Below are positions 13,759 through 27,470 of a stretch of DNA of 64,000 nucleotides, in pieces. Below the pieces are notes generated by a model. That model saw only the letters and a program-made list of their open reading frames with translations. It was not told the origin of the DNA and did no database searches. The stretch's first letter is position 1, and every line of letters starts with the position of its first letter. A program made the translations under genes and the position numbers. Origin of the DNA: Setoptus koraiensis (Eukaryota > Animalia > Arthropoda); NCBI GenBank assembly GCA_048013815.1, contig CM106585.1, positions 17,422,001 to 17,486,000 of the forward strand. Direction: 5' to 3'.

Positions 13759-13853
13759 ATGGGCAGCAGCAGCAACAGCAGCAGCCAAATAACAGTCGAG
13801 AATAACGGCACTCACAACAGCAACGGCGAGAGTGCCAATAACAGGCACAACAG
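13759..13853 (+). CDS. Candidate alternative first coding exon of the RhoGEF (MGSSSNSSSQITVENNGTHNSNGESANNRHN)
   Basis: ATG at 13759. It ends in CAG|GTGAGG in phase 2, which fits the phase-2 acceptor at 20140. No homology evidence. Confidence 0.35.
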
Positions 13854-14329
13854 GTGAGGCCAGATAGCGGATCCATCAATCAATTGCGCGACACTAATGG
13901 GACCTGAGTGATACTGGCTCGGCTGTGTGTCTGGGCCACTTTGGCTGGCGAGCTTCTCTTCTCATTACTCTTCTCGCATTATTCTTCTCGCATTATTGTG
14001 AATCAATAACAAACAGTGACAGTGCTTTGCCACTCACTCGTGAGCCATCTCATTTGCATGCCATCACTCACACACAATGTGTGCCAATCACAACAATCAC
14101 AGATTAATTAATCACAAATTAAGCCGCTCTCATGTGATCCGGTGGCCAGTGCCAAGTGCACAGTTGAAAGTTCGTGCTGCGTCTACGCTGTGCCGCTAAA
14201 TATAACAAACAGAAGCTCGGCCCGCATTCCTTCTTCGCCGGTCCGGTCCGTTTCGTCTCGACGCCGGCTCATGGGAATGCGGGTCTGGCGCACCGCAACT
14301 CCCGCCCGCTCGGTAACTGCGACACTGCT

Positions 14330-14438
14330 GAGATTCGGCCGAGATTTCGTTGAGATTCCGTTGAGATTCCGTTGAGATTCCGTTGAGATTCCGTTGAGAT
14401 TTCGTTGAGATTCGGACGAGATTCGGACGAGATTCGGA
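14330..14438. repeat. 11-bp tandem repeat (GAGATTCCGTT), 10 copies
   Basis: Units every 11 bp from 14330 to 14429. Confidence 0.95.
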
Positions 14439-16340
14439 GAAAATCTTGAAAATAAAAACACAATTAATTATGCGCTCTGCTGGAAAGTAATATGATGCGA
14501 ATTGTAATCTGTGCCTGTGCGACACAATTGGTTGGCGTTGCCGAAAATAAATTGTCAGACAATGACGTAAGTTTGGACATTGCGACAGCACAACAGTAAC
14601 TCAATTGCAAATTGGCACAGTGCGCACATTGAGAGAAAGTTGTTTCGCAATTACGGTATTACATAACGCGTATAACGAGTCACCAGTATAACGAGTGGCC
14701 AGTTCGATCCAGTTAATTGGCTTCTTTAAGTGATCTAGCCGTTGCTACAATCTGGCGGCCAGATCGGGCGAGCTGGACGAGCGAGCCACAGGCTGTCGAG
14801 AATAGTTGTCCAGAATCCATTCGTAGATTTGCAGAGAATGTGTTTTAGAGAATATTTTGAGAAAAGTTGGCAGCAGTTGCGAGTTGTCGGCACAGATTTA
14901 CAGCTATTGCTGGGACACGATACAAGCGCGAGGGCATTTCTGCACAAATGAACCAACTTGGTTCAACTGAGCGACAAATTAATTTGGCGCTTAATTTCGC
15001 TCTCTCGCTTGATTGTCTGCTGCGCTGACGAGTGCTTTGTTTTAAGCGGAGATTTGAGGCAAATCTTTGACATCTCGAGCGCACATTTTCAGCTATTGAG
15101 GTCGGCGTGAGCGCCGGCGTGTGAAACAGTGCGCGCCCGACCCAAGCAAACTGCTCAAGCTCAAGCTGGCCAATCGGCACAGCAAGTCACTTTTGGCCAG
15201 AGTGGCCAAAATTGAGCCGAACTGGGTATCTCTGAAAAATCTGCACTCCGTCCAAACCAAACCGCATACGTTCTGTTCTGTTCTATTCTGTTTTGTTTTG
15301 TTTCGTTTTGTTCACTTTGTTGGCGCTATCTCATGTCGTGTGAGATAACGGTATCAAAAGATAATAATCGTTCGCTAACTAACAAGTTAACATGCCTCTT
15401 CATTATGTAACATTCATTATGTAACATGCTCATTGTTCCAGCTGATAATGTAATTATGCATGTGTTGTGACAGCACACACTCACAAAGCTAATTATGCGA
15501 CACCGTTATCTCACCACCATACACACAGTCTCATTGTGTGTTATTTGGGAGCCAATTTTACATCAAATGCCTGTCTTACATCAACGTACACGCTGTCTGT
15601 CTACGCCGGCTACATGGGAACCGCTCGCAACCGCACCTATTGCTCAATTATCTGGGTGCACGCTCACGCAACGCGCCTCTAACAACAGCTTGCTGGCAAT
15701 GCGCCCTCGTCTGGTCACTAGCTGCACTAGCCGGACACACAGTTATGTGTAACACACTCATGTGACAGGACACTCATGTCATAACATATTGCATAACAGC
15801 TGATACGCTTATGACAACAACAATAGTGACAAGTGATTTTTTTGTTTTTTGTCTTGTTTATACCCTTTACGCTAGCTGATATAAACAACAACAAGCCAAA
15901 AATGCGCTTCTCGGCTGTCACGAGTCAGCTGGCGGGTCAGCTGACTGCGAGCTAGCTGATCGGTTGGCACCAAAGTTTGCCAAGACAATCCTGCCAAGCC
16001 AAATACAATACGTGAATCAATATCGTCGTCTATGCCGGCTATATCATATATGCAGATATGAATATAAATTGGGCCACACACACACACACACACTCGCTTG
16101 CTGGCGGGTCAATGAACCAGCAGTTCGGATACCAATGAACGACCGATCGACAAACATTTACCGGCATGTTGTGGGCTGTTGGCTGGCCGTTGTTGTTTTT
16201 GTCGTTGCGCAACGTCTGCCGCTGTAATCCGTCATCCGTCATTCATTGATGGCCAGTCGGCTGGCCAAGTGATGCGACGCGATGATGAGGGTTACGCAAC
16301 GCACGCCAAAACAGATAGGCGCCCGTTGTTGTCGTCGTCG

Positions 16341-16380
<40 letters not shown>

Positions 16381-17620
16381 CGTTGTTGCTGCTGCTGCTG
16401 CTGTTGTTGCTGCTGTTGTTGCTGTTGTTGCCGCTGTTGTTGTGATCCATGATTAATGGCTCTCGTTTTGGCGAGTATCAAACTACAAATCACCTGTTGT
16501 GTGTACTCATATAATCTCGTTGTTGTGTTATTATTGCCAGTTTGATCTATTTGCGAGCTTGCCATCTATTTAACTCGCTCGCTTGTGGCAACCGGCAACA
16601 AATAGCTTGCTGCTTGCTGGACAGGTAAGCTAGTTGCTTGTTGCTGTTGTTTATCCCTATGCGACTCGCACAGACATAAACTGTGAGTCGTGGCCGCCGT
16701 TGAGGCACTTGTCAGCTGTGAAAAAGACGACGATAAAATAATAATAACGGTCCACTAATAGCACCTGTTGCTCATCATCATCCACTGGATGGGACAACAA
16801 CAGCAACAGCAACAACATCCCATCGTCTGTCAAATTGTGCTCATATTAATAATACTCTCACTCGCTCGCTTTTATCGGCCATCCGTTGCAAGTTTCAATG
16901 GATAGCCGATAATATATAAATTGTATCGCTTGTTATAAATATCATAAATATATAAATATTACATCCAGGCAATGGCCGGGCCAATGTTGACTTTGCTATT
17001 ATTTTGAGCTGTCGGCCATTTCGGAGCGTATGGACGAGTGGCCGATACCGTCGAGCAGTCGATACCGGCGAGCAGCGAGAGCATCGTTTAAGCGGCACAT
17101 CTCGACCCATCAGATTGGATGACTGAACTCGACCGGCCGGTCTAATTTCGGCCAGTCGCCGTTCGAATATATAAATATCCGACATAAGTGATATCGTCCA
17201 CTGGCGGCCATTTACTTGCCTTTATTTCGGCTTTGTTTGCCGAGCTCACTTTGATTTCTTCATGACGCGCTTGATCGCACACACACAGGAAGTGGCAGGT
17301 GAAGTGGCAGCGATCGATTATTACCGATTATATCTGTTGTGATGGCAGATATGATACGAGATATACAATACAAAGTTGAACATACTCTCCCTCATAATAT
17401 TATCTTATCGGCGCCATTATCTTTTTCGCTATTTACTGTGTATCTAACCCATTATTTGTCTTTGTTTCATCACTGTTTGTTCAATTGGCCGCTTGCCAAC
17501 ATGGCGCTCACTTGCCATGTTTAAATTTATTTGCACGTTTCGTTTTATGTGACGTAACACTAACAATTGAACTAACTTGCAAAATTCGTTGTTGTTGCTA
17601 CCAACTTACAAAACTTACAG

Positions 17621-17797
17621 CAAGCAACTAACACGTGACATGACGTTCATCGTACAACTTACAACTTGCACATCAACGCACAAAGTGGCCAGAGGAAATA
17701 GATGGAGCCACTGTTGAGGAAGCAAGCCAAGGCGAAACAGCAAGCGAACAAAGTGATTAATATTAGACAAGATTATTATTAGCAAACCAATTAGCAG
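17621..17797 (+). other. Probable 5' UTR part of the large RhoGEF exon (acceptor TTACAG at 17615-17620)
   Basis: A 243-nt AG-free zone with CTAAC motifs ends at this AG. An in-frame TAG at 17792 precedes ATG 17798. There is a consensus donor CAG|GTAAGC at 16624/16625 upstream. Confidence 0.55.
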
Positions 17798-19777
17798 ATG
17801 ATGGATGCAGATGTGACTGTTTCATTTGTGTCAGCAGCAGGCCAACAGCAAAGCGAGCAACTTGACACAAGCGAGCATCACAAATTGCAAACAAGCGCCA
17901 CAAGCGGACAGGTGAAACAAGAGCAGACAAATCACATCAAGTATGACAATAATCTACTGATAACCACTGTCCATTCACAGCAGCATCATTCGTTGGTTAA
18001 TTGTCATTCGTTTGATTCGTTGCATGATTCATTGCTACACGATGACAACGATGACACATTGCACAACGCGAAACACCAAGCAACAAACAACAATCACTAT
18101 GACGACGCCACAAAAACAACAACAACAACAACAACAACGACAACAATTGATTATGATTTCACCGACACTAACAACGGCAGCGTGCAGTTTGCGACAAGTC
18201 ACCACAACAGCAGCCCAAACAAACACCAACACAATAGACAACAACATAGTCACATTGGCCCTCTGGAGGTGCTCACCGACACCAGAGATATAATAGTAGA
18301 AGCGGAAGTTGTGTCGGCGAGACCAACAATAGAACAACAAGCGAATAACAATGAGCGCCAACAAACACGAGCCAACAGAGTGGCTGCCGGTTGTGTCGCA
18401 TCACAGCAACAACATCAGCAACAACAACACCAACAACAACAGCAACAGCAACAACAGAGTGGCAATTTAGTCACAGCAACACAGACATTTAATCACACAA
18501 GTCACAAGTCAAAGATGGCGCCCACCTTAAATAATTCCTCCTGTCCGGTAGTGGTAGCGACAATTGGCACCAATACCCTGGCCCAGCACAAATACCAGCC
18601 GGCCAGGGTATTGCCCAAATTGCCCGCTCGAAACATTGTTACAAATAGGGGCTCTTGTTCTCTGTGCAAGGCTCAATCGTGTCTGTCAACTAATTGTCAA
18701 TCAGCACCAATAAGAACAACAACAGCAACAACAACAACAACAACAACAACAATAAACAATAAAATTGTAACTGGATCCTCTACCTCTAACTCGCCACTGT
18801 GTTCGCCGCCGTTGAGTTGTTGCACAAGCGACGAGTCGCCCTCATCAGTGTCGCCCTCATCGTCGTCGACAACGTCGTGCAGCGCCCACTCGAATTCATT
18901 AGTGCCATCATCGTTTGCGTCATCGTCAGCGTCGTCATCATCGTCGTCACCTCCCGCTTGCGTCAGCGATCTTATTCTAATTAATAATGGTCACTCGTCA
19001 TCGTCGCACGACCACGACGACGACAATGACGACAGTGCCAGCTCAATGACATCGCCAGCGCCACCAATAAGCGATGACGCAACATCACTCAATGGTCATC
19101 TTGACAGTCATCATCATCATCATGACGACAGTCAGCTCAACAGGCAGCTTGACGTGGTCGCGGCAACAGCGAACGGTCAGCAAGGTGAGCAGCAAACAAA
19201 AGATTGCTCGCCACAAACACTGACCAGTACAAATGAGATTGAGTCAGCGGATGAGAATTGCGCCCAGCTGAATCAGATGGATTTGATCAGTTTCAACGAC
19301 AACATCGACAACGATAGCGCACTGATTGAGCTCGACAATTGGCACCAGCAACAATTCGACGACGACGAATTGACCTCTTTGCCCTTCGGAACGTTCGACA
19401 GGCACCAATTGAGACGGTCACTCTCGACACCCTCAATTGGCTCGTCGTTTGATAGGTGCCCAAACAATAGTGATCAGCTGTTGTTCAATGAACAAACAAG
19501 CAACAAACAATTAGTGGACACAACACAAATTGTCGTCAATAATCAATCGGCGTGCCAATCGACAATTGTCAGCAAGCAGCAGCAGCAATTGTCAAACAAT
19601 GAACAACAACCACTCACTGACCATGATCACCAGTTGCAATATAAACAGCATGATGCACAATTGGCTTGGCCGGTAGCAGCAGCGCCATCAACCGGTGGTC
19701 AGCAGCAACTACAACAGGCCACAACAAATAGCAGCAGCAGCACCAAGAGAAACTGCACTGCCAACAACAATAAAACC

Positions 19778-19817
<40 letters not shown>

Positions 19818-19956
19818 CTTCCGCTGTAGCAAACCGCTTTTCAGCGTCCAACGCAACAGTGTCGTCGCAAAACTCAGTCGATCAGCTGAGGCCAATGGTC
19901 AAGTCTAGCTGGTGGTCATTGTCGTCGCACTGTGTAGCCGCTCAAGTTCCAACCAG
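17798..19956 (+). CDS. RhoGEF coding exon 1 (low-complexity Q/T/S/N/H-rich N-terminus)
   Basis: 720-codon ORF ending at donor CAG|GTGAGT in phase 2. Its link to the RhoGEF comes from phase-compatible splicing, not from homology. Confidence 0.7.
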
Positions 19957-20139
19957 GTGAGTATTGGTCACTGCCACTGCCACTGCCACTGCGACAGAGA
20001 TCGAGAGATTGACCGGAAGTTTGTTGCAAATCTCTCATTATAACTCTTTCAACTTTGTTTCTTATTTTCTTTTTGTCTTTTCGACAACTGTTGTCATTGC
20101 TCATTGTGACAACTGTTGTGCGTTGCGTAATGCTTACAG

Positions 20140-20951
20140 TGGCACCAACCAACAACACGAGATCTCGGCTCGCCTGATGCGATTGAGCAACAACAACAAC
20201 AGCAACAGCGTGGCCTCGTTATCGGCCGATCAGGGCGCCAAGCCGGATAACGCCGGCATCAATCAGCTGTGCGGAGCGTCGGGCAAATGCGAGCGCCGCT
20301 CCAAGGGTGCAAAACGTTTTCTGTTGCGCAATTTCATGCTTCGCTCCAGCAAAACAACAGCAACAACGACAACAAACTCAGTTGCTGCTGCAACATGTAA
20401 TTTGTCGCCAACCTCGACAACGCCGCCACATCCGGTCTTGGCGAGCGGCCACAAGTCGTCGGCGGCGGCGAAACACCGGACAGCGGCGGATCAAAACGGC
20501 GCCAGCAGCAGTGACAGTTGCAATGATTTGGTCATGTGTTCGCCGGCGACACCGGCTGATAAAATGGTCATTAATGGTTCGTCAGCATCGTCATCATTAA
20601 ACAATCTCGATTTGTGTGTGTTTGATGTGTCATCCAACCTGCCATTGGCAACAATAGAGCAACAACAGCAACAACAGCAACAACAGCAACAACAGCAACA
20701 ACAGCAACAACAGCAACAGCAAGACGCGAACGCATTGTCATCGTTGTGCAATGTTGCGCCAACAATGGACGAGCCAGCCGAGGGTCATGAGATTATCAGT
20801 TCATCGTTGGGCGAGCAACCACCGAGCCACCAGCCCATGGAGGCCAACGGAAAACAGTTGGATGAGCCGCAACGAGTCAGCAATAGCACGGCCAAAAACA
20901 ATAAGCATCTGAGCAAATTAGCCACAGAGCGACGGAGCTCGACAAAACAAG
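20140..20951 (+). CDS. RhoGEF coding exon 2
   Basis: Acceptor TTACAG| in phase 2 and donor AAG|GTGAGT in phase 1; open reading frame with poly-Q. Confidence 0.7.
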
Positions 20952-22359
20952 GTGAGTGACTGGGCGCAATTACATAACTGTTGTTACGTAAGCGTTGTTG
21001 TGTGCAGCGGGTGCGACACGTTTATTCTGCTGGTCACCATCATCATTAGATGGCAATTCAATTTGGCTTCATTTAGCGCGCTGTGGCGATACACTGTACA
21101 GATACAAATAGACAGACATCTATATCTCTCAAAATCTGCCAGTGTGGTGGCGCTCGCGGAACATTATCATTAGTTCGGATTGGTTCAAATTGGTTCGGAT
21201 TGGCTCCGATTGGCTCCAAGACTTGCAGTCGAATCGGCTCCAAGTCGGCGCTCAATATCTGAACTGAGAGTCGCAGTTTCGAGCTGCGCCAAAGCAGCCG
21301 AAATGAAAGCAAACGAAATTAAGTTATGCAAACAAAAATGCAAACAAACCGGCGACTTCTGATTCAGAAGTTCTGAATCATCTGGGCTCGCAACGACGCG
21401 GGCGATTCGTATCGAGCTAGCGAGCCGTTTTGTGCGAACACACAAATTACAAATTTTTAATCAAACGAGTCGCGATAATAACAACCTGTTCTGTTTCATT
21501 ATCATTAGCTGCAATTAGCGATACAATGCGGCTCGTACGATCGCCAAGACTGGTCAACACACTGAATGATGCTCGCCGACTTTGCCGGCCGAAGAGGCTC
21601 TCTGAGGGCCACTGACCGGCCTGGCGTCACTGTTAGGCGTGATTGTGGCAACAATAATGTGGCTGTTGCTTGCAGCGATCAGTTGAAAGAGTTTGCTGTC
21701 TAGAGATCAAATGTTTGCCAAATGGTAGAGTTATTTGGGCGCAATTAGCTCTCTTGTTCAGTGCTCATTGGTCATTGCGGCGCTCGTCTCGTCCATTGTC
21801 CACTGGCCCTAAACAACCAACCAAACAACCGACTCAACAACCGACCGAACAACCGACCGAACAACCGACTCAACAACTGACAACAGCAACCAGCTGATGC
21901 TGCTCACCTGGCGGCTGTTGTGCGCGTATGCCTGACAAACAACAGATGCCTCGACAATGGACGCCAATGGCATTAATCGACAACATTGTTCTTGCTGTTG
22001 CAGCAACATAAACAATCGACCATCCTCGTTGTGTGACATATCGCCGGTCAGTCACCTGTTGCGCAATGTGCTTGCGATGGCCACTTTGAAATGTGTCCAC
22101 TCAGCTTGCTCAAACTAGCTCTTGCTGACCAACAGTCAAGATTGATCGCACGCTGACATTGAGTGTGTGTAAGTGTGTGTGCCGACCAACTTGCGAGTTT
22201 CGCAATTGCCAGTTCGAACTGCGACAATTGCGAGTCGGAGAATTCGAGGTTTGACAATTCCGAACTCGAATTCGAGAATTCGCAATTCCTAGTTCGAACT
22301 CGAGAATTCGCAATTCCTAGTTCGAGTCCGAGTCCGAGAATTTGCAGTGCCGAATTTGA

Positions 22360-22374
22360 GTTCGAGAATTTTCA
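22360..22374. promoter_or_regulatory. Perfect three-unit heat-shock element (gTTCgaGAAttTTCa)
   Basis: Matches the nTTCnnGAAnnTTCn consensus, inside a TCGA/GAATTC-rich island. Confidence 0.35.
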
Positions 22375-25300
22375 GTTCCGAGTTCGAGCATTCGCGGTGC
22401 CCAATTCAAGGCCGCCGGCTCGACAGACACGAAGCACAATCACCGCAGAGTCACTAGAGAAGAATGTCAACAGGCTGCTCGCTACCGGACAGTGGCTAGC
22501 GTGCCATTAAACTGCGCTCACGTTGGCTCAATTCGACTCAATTCAATAAATGAGCCACTCTGTGCATTTGCTCTGGCTGTCGCTCATCATTCAATGGCGC
22601 GATATTATTGCCGATCGATTGTTTGCTGCACAGTGAACAGTCGAATTTTGATTGAACTCTTTCTGGCACGCACACCAACCGGAAGCATTTATATCAAACA
22701 TCATATATCATTTATTGTTTGTCGTATATTATACATGACGCGCGATATTTATTTCGGTGCGATGCGCTTTTTTTAAACCATTGGCCATTCGCCAAAAGCG
22801 TGATTCGCGGCCAACAGTTATTATCATTGAAATTTATTGCATGTGAAATAATTATGGGATTGGGCGCAAGAGGCCGTTTCGCGGCCTATTTCGTGCTTTA
22901 TTTCAAGCACTTAATACACTCACACCATGTGAGTAACAAGTCGGTTGTCTGGCGAATTACAACTCAAAAATAAGTTATTACCAAATTACTTTTGCGGCTG
23001 TTTCCGGCAACATACCGGCGCACGACCGGTGGCGACCAATAGTGGTCGTGGAGCAAAGCAAATTATCGCAAGCGATTATTTAAGTAGTCGGGCCGGCAAT
23101 TGCAGGGCCAGTGTGATATATGCAAGTGGCTGCTTATTTCGTGCACACTCTTTTGTTCCGAATACAAACACAAGCCGCGGTATCGGCCAATCGATTGTTT
23201 TCCTCTCCACTTATTAGCTGTGCTGTGCGCATTGTGTGACACACTCTCGATGTTACGCAATGGCCACTAGTGACGCGGCCATTACGTAACATTGACAGAG
23301 AGCGGCCAATTGTATTATTTTTATCATCGATTGGCTCGCATCAGCGCCGGCAATGTTGCAACGACAGCAACAACGACAGCAACAACGACAACGACAACGA
23401 CAACAACACTCGACATGTTGCGTAACAGGGCATGCTGATGCGGCCGTGCGAGGAGCCAGCGGGTGACAATGAGTTGCCAGCTCGCAAAATAATAGTCATC
23501 TCGACAGCCGACTAGCAGTTGTGAATAGAGACAGACAATGACAAAAGAACACGAGACAGCACACAAGCCAACAAAAAGGCGATAAAGTTATTGTCTTTGG
23601 CCCACAGCTATTACGTAATGTATTATGTGTAATATTATATGTGATGCGCCAGTATTATTACTAGTAAATGTTGTAAGTGTTTATTTTTCTTGTGATCGCA
23701 CACAACAGCTGACAACAGGTTGCAGCATCCTTTTTTCTGCGGCGCATTATTATTATTTTTATCGATGCGATTGCCACTGGCAGCCACTTGCAGTCACTGC
23801 AATGCAGTGTGAGGCATGCAAAAACAAAAGTCGTCGTCTTGTTGTTTGTCGCTCGTTGTTACCTGTTGCCTGTTACCTGTTGCCTGTTGCTGTCAAGGGC
23901 GAGACATCGCCATCGGCAGCAGCCTCATACAAGCCTCATACTGATGGACAAGGCCACTCACCTGTCGCTGTGATGCAATCGATCGTGCTGCTGCTGCCGC
24001 CGTGTCTAGCTTGTCTAGATCTAGGCGGACACACACACACACACACATAATAATAGTGACAACGATGGTCCAGTTCGCAAAGATGATCCGCTCCAGCGAC
24101 ATATCGCACACACAATTGTTGTCGCCAGTGTGACAATCATTTGAATCATGACGCATTCATATGTCCGGCTCATTGTGTCCGCTCGCAGCAATTCAATCAC
24201 AAGTAATCACAAGTTGCAATGTCCAGCCGACGACACAACAACCGATGATGCAACCGATGGCATTATGTCCGCATCATAACCGATAATGGGGACACGCAAA
24301 TCATGGTCGGCCGTTTGATCTTGAAAAAGTGCTCAAATCGCTGCCGGGCACAACAATGTTCGAGGAGAAAAGAACAACGACAATTCACATGCCAACTCAT
24401 AATTCTCAGCTTGGGCCCTGAAAAATGGTTGCGCCGAGCGCGAAAAAAGCGTCGCATTTGTGGCTCATTTTTTCCCCTCCGCTCGGCACAAACCGACAAA
24501 GATGACACCCGACATTTTTTAGCTATCGCTCGTATTGGCGCGCTATTTTCGCAGAAATTTTTGCGCAATTTTGCGCAAACTTGCAGCACTTTACACAAAA
24601 GTGTCACATCGGTTTGTGGCAAGCGATGGCCATAATCTCCAGTCCACACAATAATCAGTTGACGGCGACACACTGACAGCTGAATGCAACCAATGCACCA
24701 TTGTCCGGCTCAAACAATGCTGAAGAGCTCAGCGCATTTTCAAGATTTTTCAAGACTTTTCAGCGAACAATTTCCAAAATCAAGCAGCGTTACCTGGTGC
24801 GTCCCTTGCCGGCTGATTGTTGCATATATGGCACTCTAATCAGCTAATGGGCCAATAACCTGAAGCGCACTCTGTCGGCCAGACGATGATGGCTGTCATA
24901 CATACAGTTAGGCGGCTATAACTGTACGTAAGCAGCTTGCATATAAAGTTGTTACGTAACTGTTGCCGGCGGCGACTTGGTGCCACTCGCAACCCGTTGT
25001 TACAGGCGCACCCGTTAGCGTTGCCACAAAGGCCAGACTGACCTCAACAGCGAGAATGTTGTCGTTGTTGTTGCGCAACTGCTGTCCGTCTATCCGTTTG
25101 AAATGATTGCTTCCTGCTTGCCGTTGTCCCTGATAGAGTGTTTCCTCACAATGCCTCATGACGCCTCACAATGCATCATATGGCATCGCATGGCATCGCA
25201 TGGCATCGCATGGCATCGTAATGGTCAGCTGTTCAGCCGAGTGTCCGGTTGCGATGAACTTGACTGCTGGCAAAGTGTGAATATTTATTACTATTATTAT

Positions 25301-25462
25301 TGTTATTGCGTAACTTTTATTGTGTGTAAGCGGGCGCCATATCGACGCATCGGCAGACAGTCGGACACAACAAGTGGCCAGACGTGAGGCGCCAGTGTTA
25401 AGGACACAACACCGAGGATGCAAATCGATTTGTTTGCTCACATACATCGCCCATCGATGCAC

Positions 25463-25550
25463 AATCACCTGTAATAATCACCTGTAATAATCACCTGTAA
25501 CTATCACCTGTAACTATAACCTGTAACTATCAGCTGTAATAATCAGCTGC
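25463..25550. repeat. 13-bp tandem array of 7 E-box-like units (CACCTGT drifting to CAGCTG)
   Basis: Cores at 25466, 25479, 25492, 25505, 25518, 25531 and 25544. Confidence 0.95.
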
Positions 25551-25732
25551 GAACACACAGGCCAGTGCAGGCCAGTGGTCAGCTGTGTGATGTGTTTGTA
25601 AACAACTCACACATGGTCTGTTGTCTGTTGTGACATAACGGCAATTCGAGCCAAATGCAAGATATTTTTCAATATCTCACCTGTTGATCGTCACAAGGTT
25701 ATTTATTGCGCTGTTATTTATCATTGTTCTCG

Positions 25733-25767
<35 letters not shown>

Positions 25768-26747
25768 ATGAGAAAATTTTATCTTTCATATTTCCAACAC
25801 ACACACACACACACGACTAATCTTGTTACTATTACATCCACTGGCGAGCAACTCATTGCCGAGCGGCCAATTTGTTGGCGCCGATTGGTCGCTTGCCATC
25901 TAACAGTTTGCTGGCGAGCCAATAAGCTGTTACATAAGACAGACTGGCCTCCAACGGACAGCCAAAAATGGACTGATGAGTGGCCAGTTTGGTGCCAAAT
26001 TAAGCCTTCATTTAGGTTGAGTGCAAGTTTAACATGGCAAGTCGCGGGATATAGTTAGAATGGCCGCAATACCAAACAGCGACACCTAGCGAGCCAGCAA
26101 TTGTTTTGGGGGCCAATGTTTTAATTTTAATTCCAATCAGCGGTCACTGTATCACTGTGTAGTGTGTTACCCAACAGATTACAGTACAAGACTAACAGAT
26201 AAGGTGGCGCCAGCAACAACTGATCCGGCTTTATTAGTTGACTGATGGTCGTTACGTAATCCGTGGCGCGTTGTGTTGTGTTGTGTTGCTCAACACAACA
26301 CACACGGGCTGGCGCGCGCCGGATTAAAATGATAAAATCTATTTTTGTATCGGTTGTTGCTGTGGTTGTTGCTGTGGTTGTTGTTGTTGTTGGAGCTTTT
26401 CGCAAACTTTGCAAAAGTTTATTTCTTTGGCACTCGCTTTGTGTGCTCGAATCGGCGATGGTGGCCCAAACGAAGCCACGACACAGGCTTCCTATGGACA
26501 CTGCCAGCCACAGCTGATAATGACCAAAAAGTTGAACAATAACTGAAAAGGCCACCGTTTCACACGCCAAACACACGTTGAATATACATATTGATATATT
26601 TATACATAAATGGATAAGTATTTGTGAGAACTCTGGCGGCAACAATGATCGTTCTGATGGTTGCTATTATTATTATTATTATCACTATTATTATCGCCAC
26701 TATTATTGCTATCATTGTTGTGTTCATTATATTCATTATGTTAACAG

Positions 26748-26795
26748 CGGCCACTCTCATCCGACATAATCTGTATCTCTTAACGCTGCGCCAAG
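26748..26795 (+). CDS. Candidate 48-nt cassette micro-exon of the RhoGEF (AATLIRHNLYLLTLRQ)
   Basis: TTAACAG| acceptor after about 115 AG-free nt and AAG|GTAATC donor; symmetric phase 1-1 and open in the required frame. Confidence 0.35.
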
Positions 26796-27470
26796 GTAAT
26801 CCCTTGCCATTGCCCACTGTGTGTCCCACTGTTTTTCAGCACTATCTACTCTGTTTTATCCGTTTTACTGTTTTATCAGCAGTGTGCGGATAAAACAGAG
26901 CATATTGTCTCTCACAATTGTCAGATATGCGCACAATATGTTTTCACTTGTCTGCCCATCGCCAGCTACCTGACAAGCTACCTGACTTGTCTGACAATCA
27001 GCTGAGCCGTCAGCTGAGCTGTCGGCTGATTGTCAGCCAAAAGTATATTGTTTATCGCGCCAGTGCGTGCATTACTACAAGCAATATTACAATTACTCAC
27101 TTGTCATACGTATTTCCACACGGCACCGTGGTTGACTTGCACAGGTGACTGTTGCACAGTTGCCATTTGCAATGATTTCATTGATGACTTGGGATTTCCA
27201 CTTGCATCTTGTGGTCGCTGTCATAACGGTGGCGCCACTGGCAACACTTGCATCCCATCCACGGCCTTGGCTTATCAACGATAAGCTATCGTCCACGACA
27301 AGGGATAATGTAACCATCTCGACGATTGTTACTTACCGTTGCATTGGCAATTGTCAGTGCGCACTCTGGCTCAAGGTCACTTGACCACAACAGGTGGCGA
27401 CCGCTGACCACACCGTCGATCGGTCGTTCGATTGGCCATTTCCATTGTGCAGGTCGAGATTTTTAATTCG

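Noticed and set aside
26-17524. Dozens of 60-210 aa ORFs on both strands
   Set aside because: They are translations of microsatellites and tandem repeats (THTH, LFE, poly-Q/L/C) with no recognisable domain; low stop-codon density in repeats explains them.
23625-24050. HWQPLAVTAMQCEACK as a possible C1 zinc-finger exon of the RhoGEF
   Set aside because: The second half of the C1 pattern (CxxC-x4-H-xx-C) is missing and I found no compatible splice sites.
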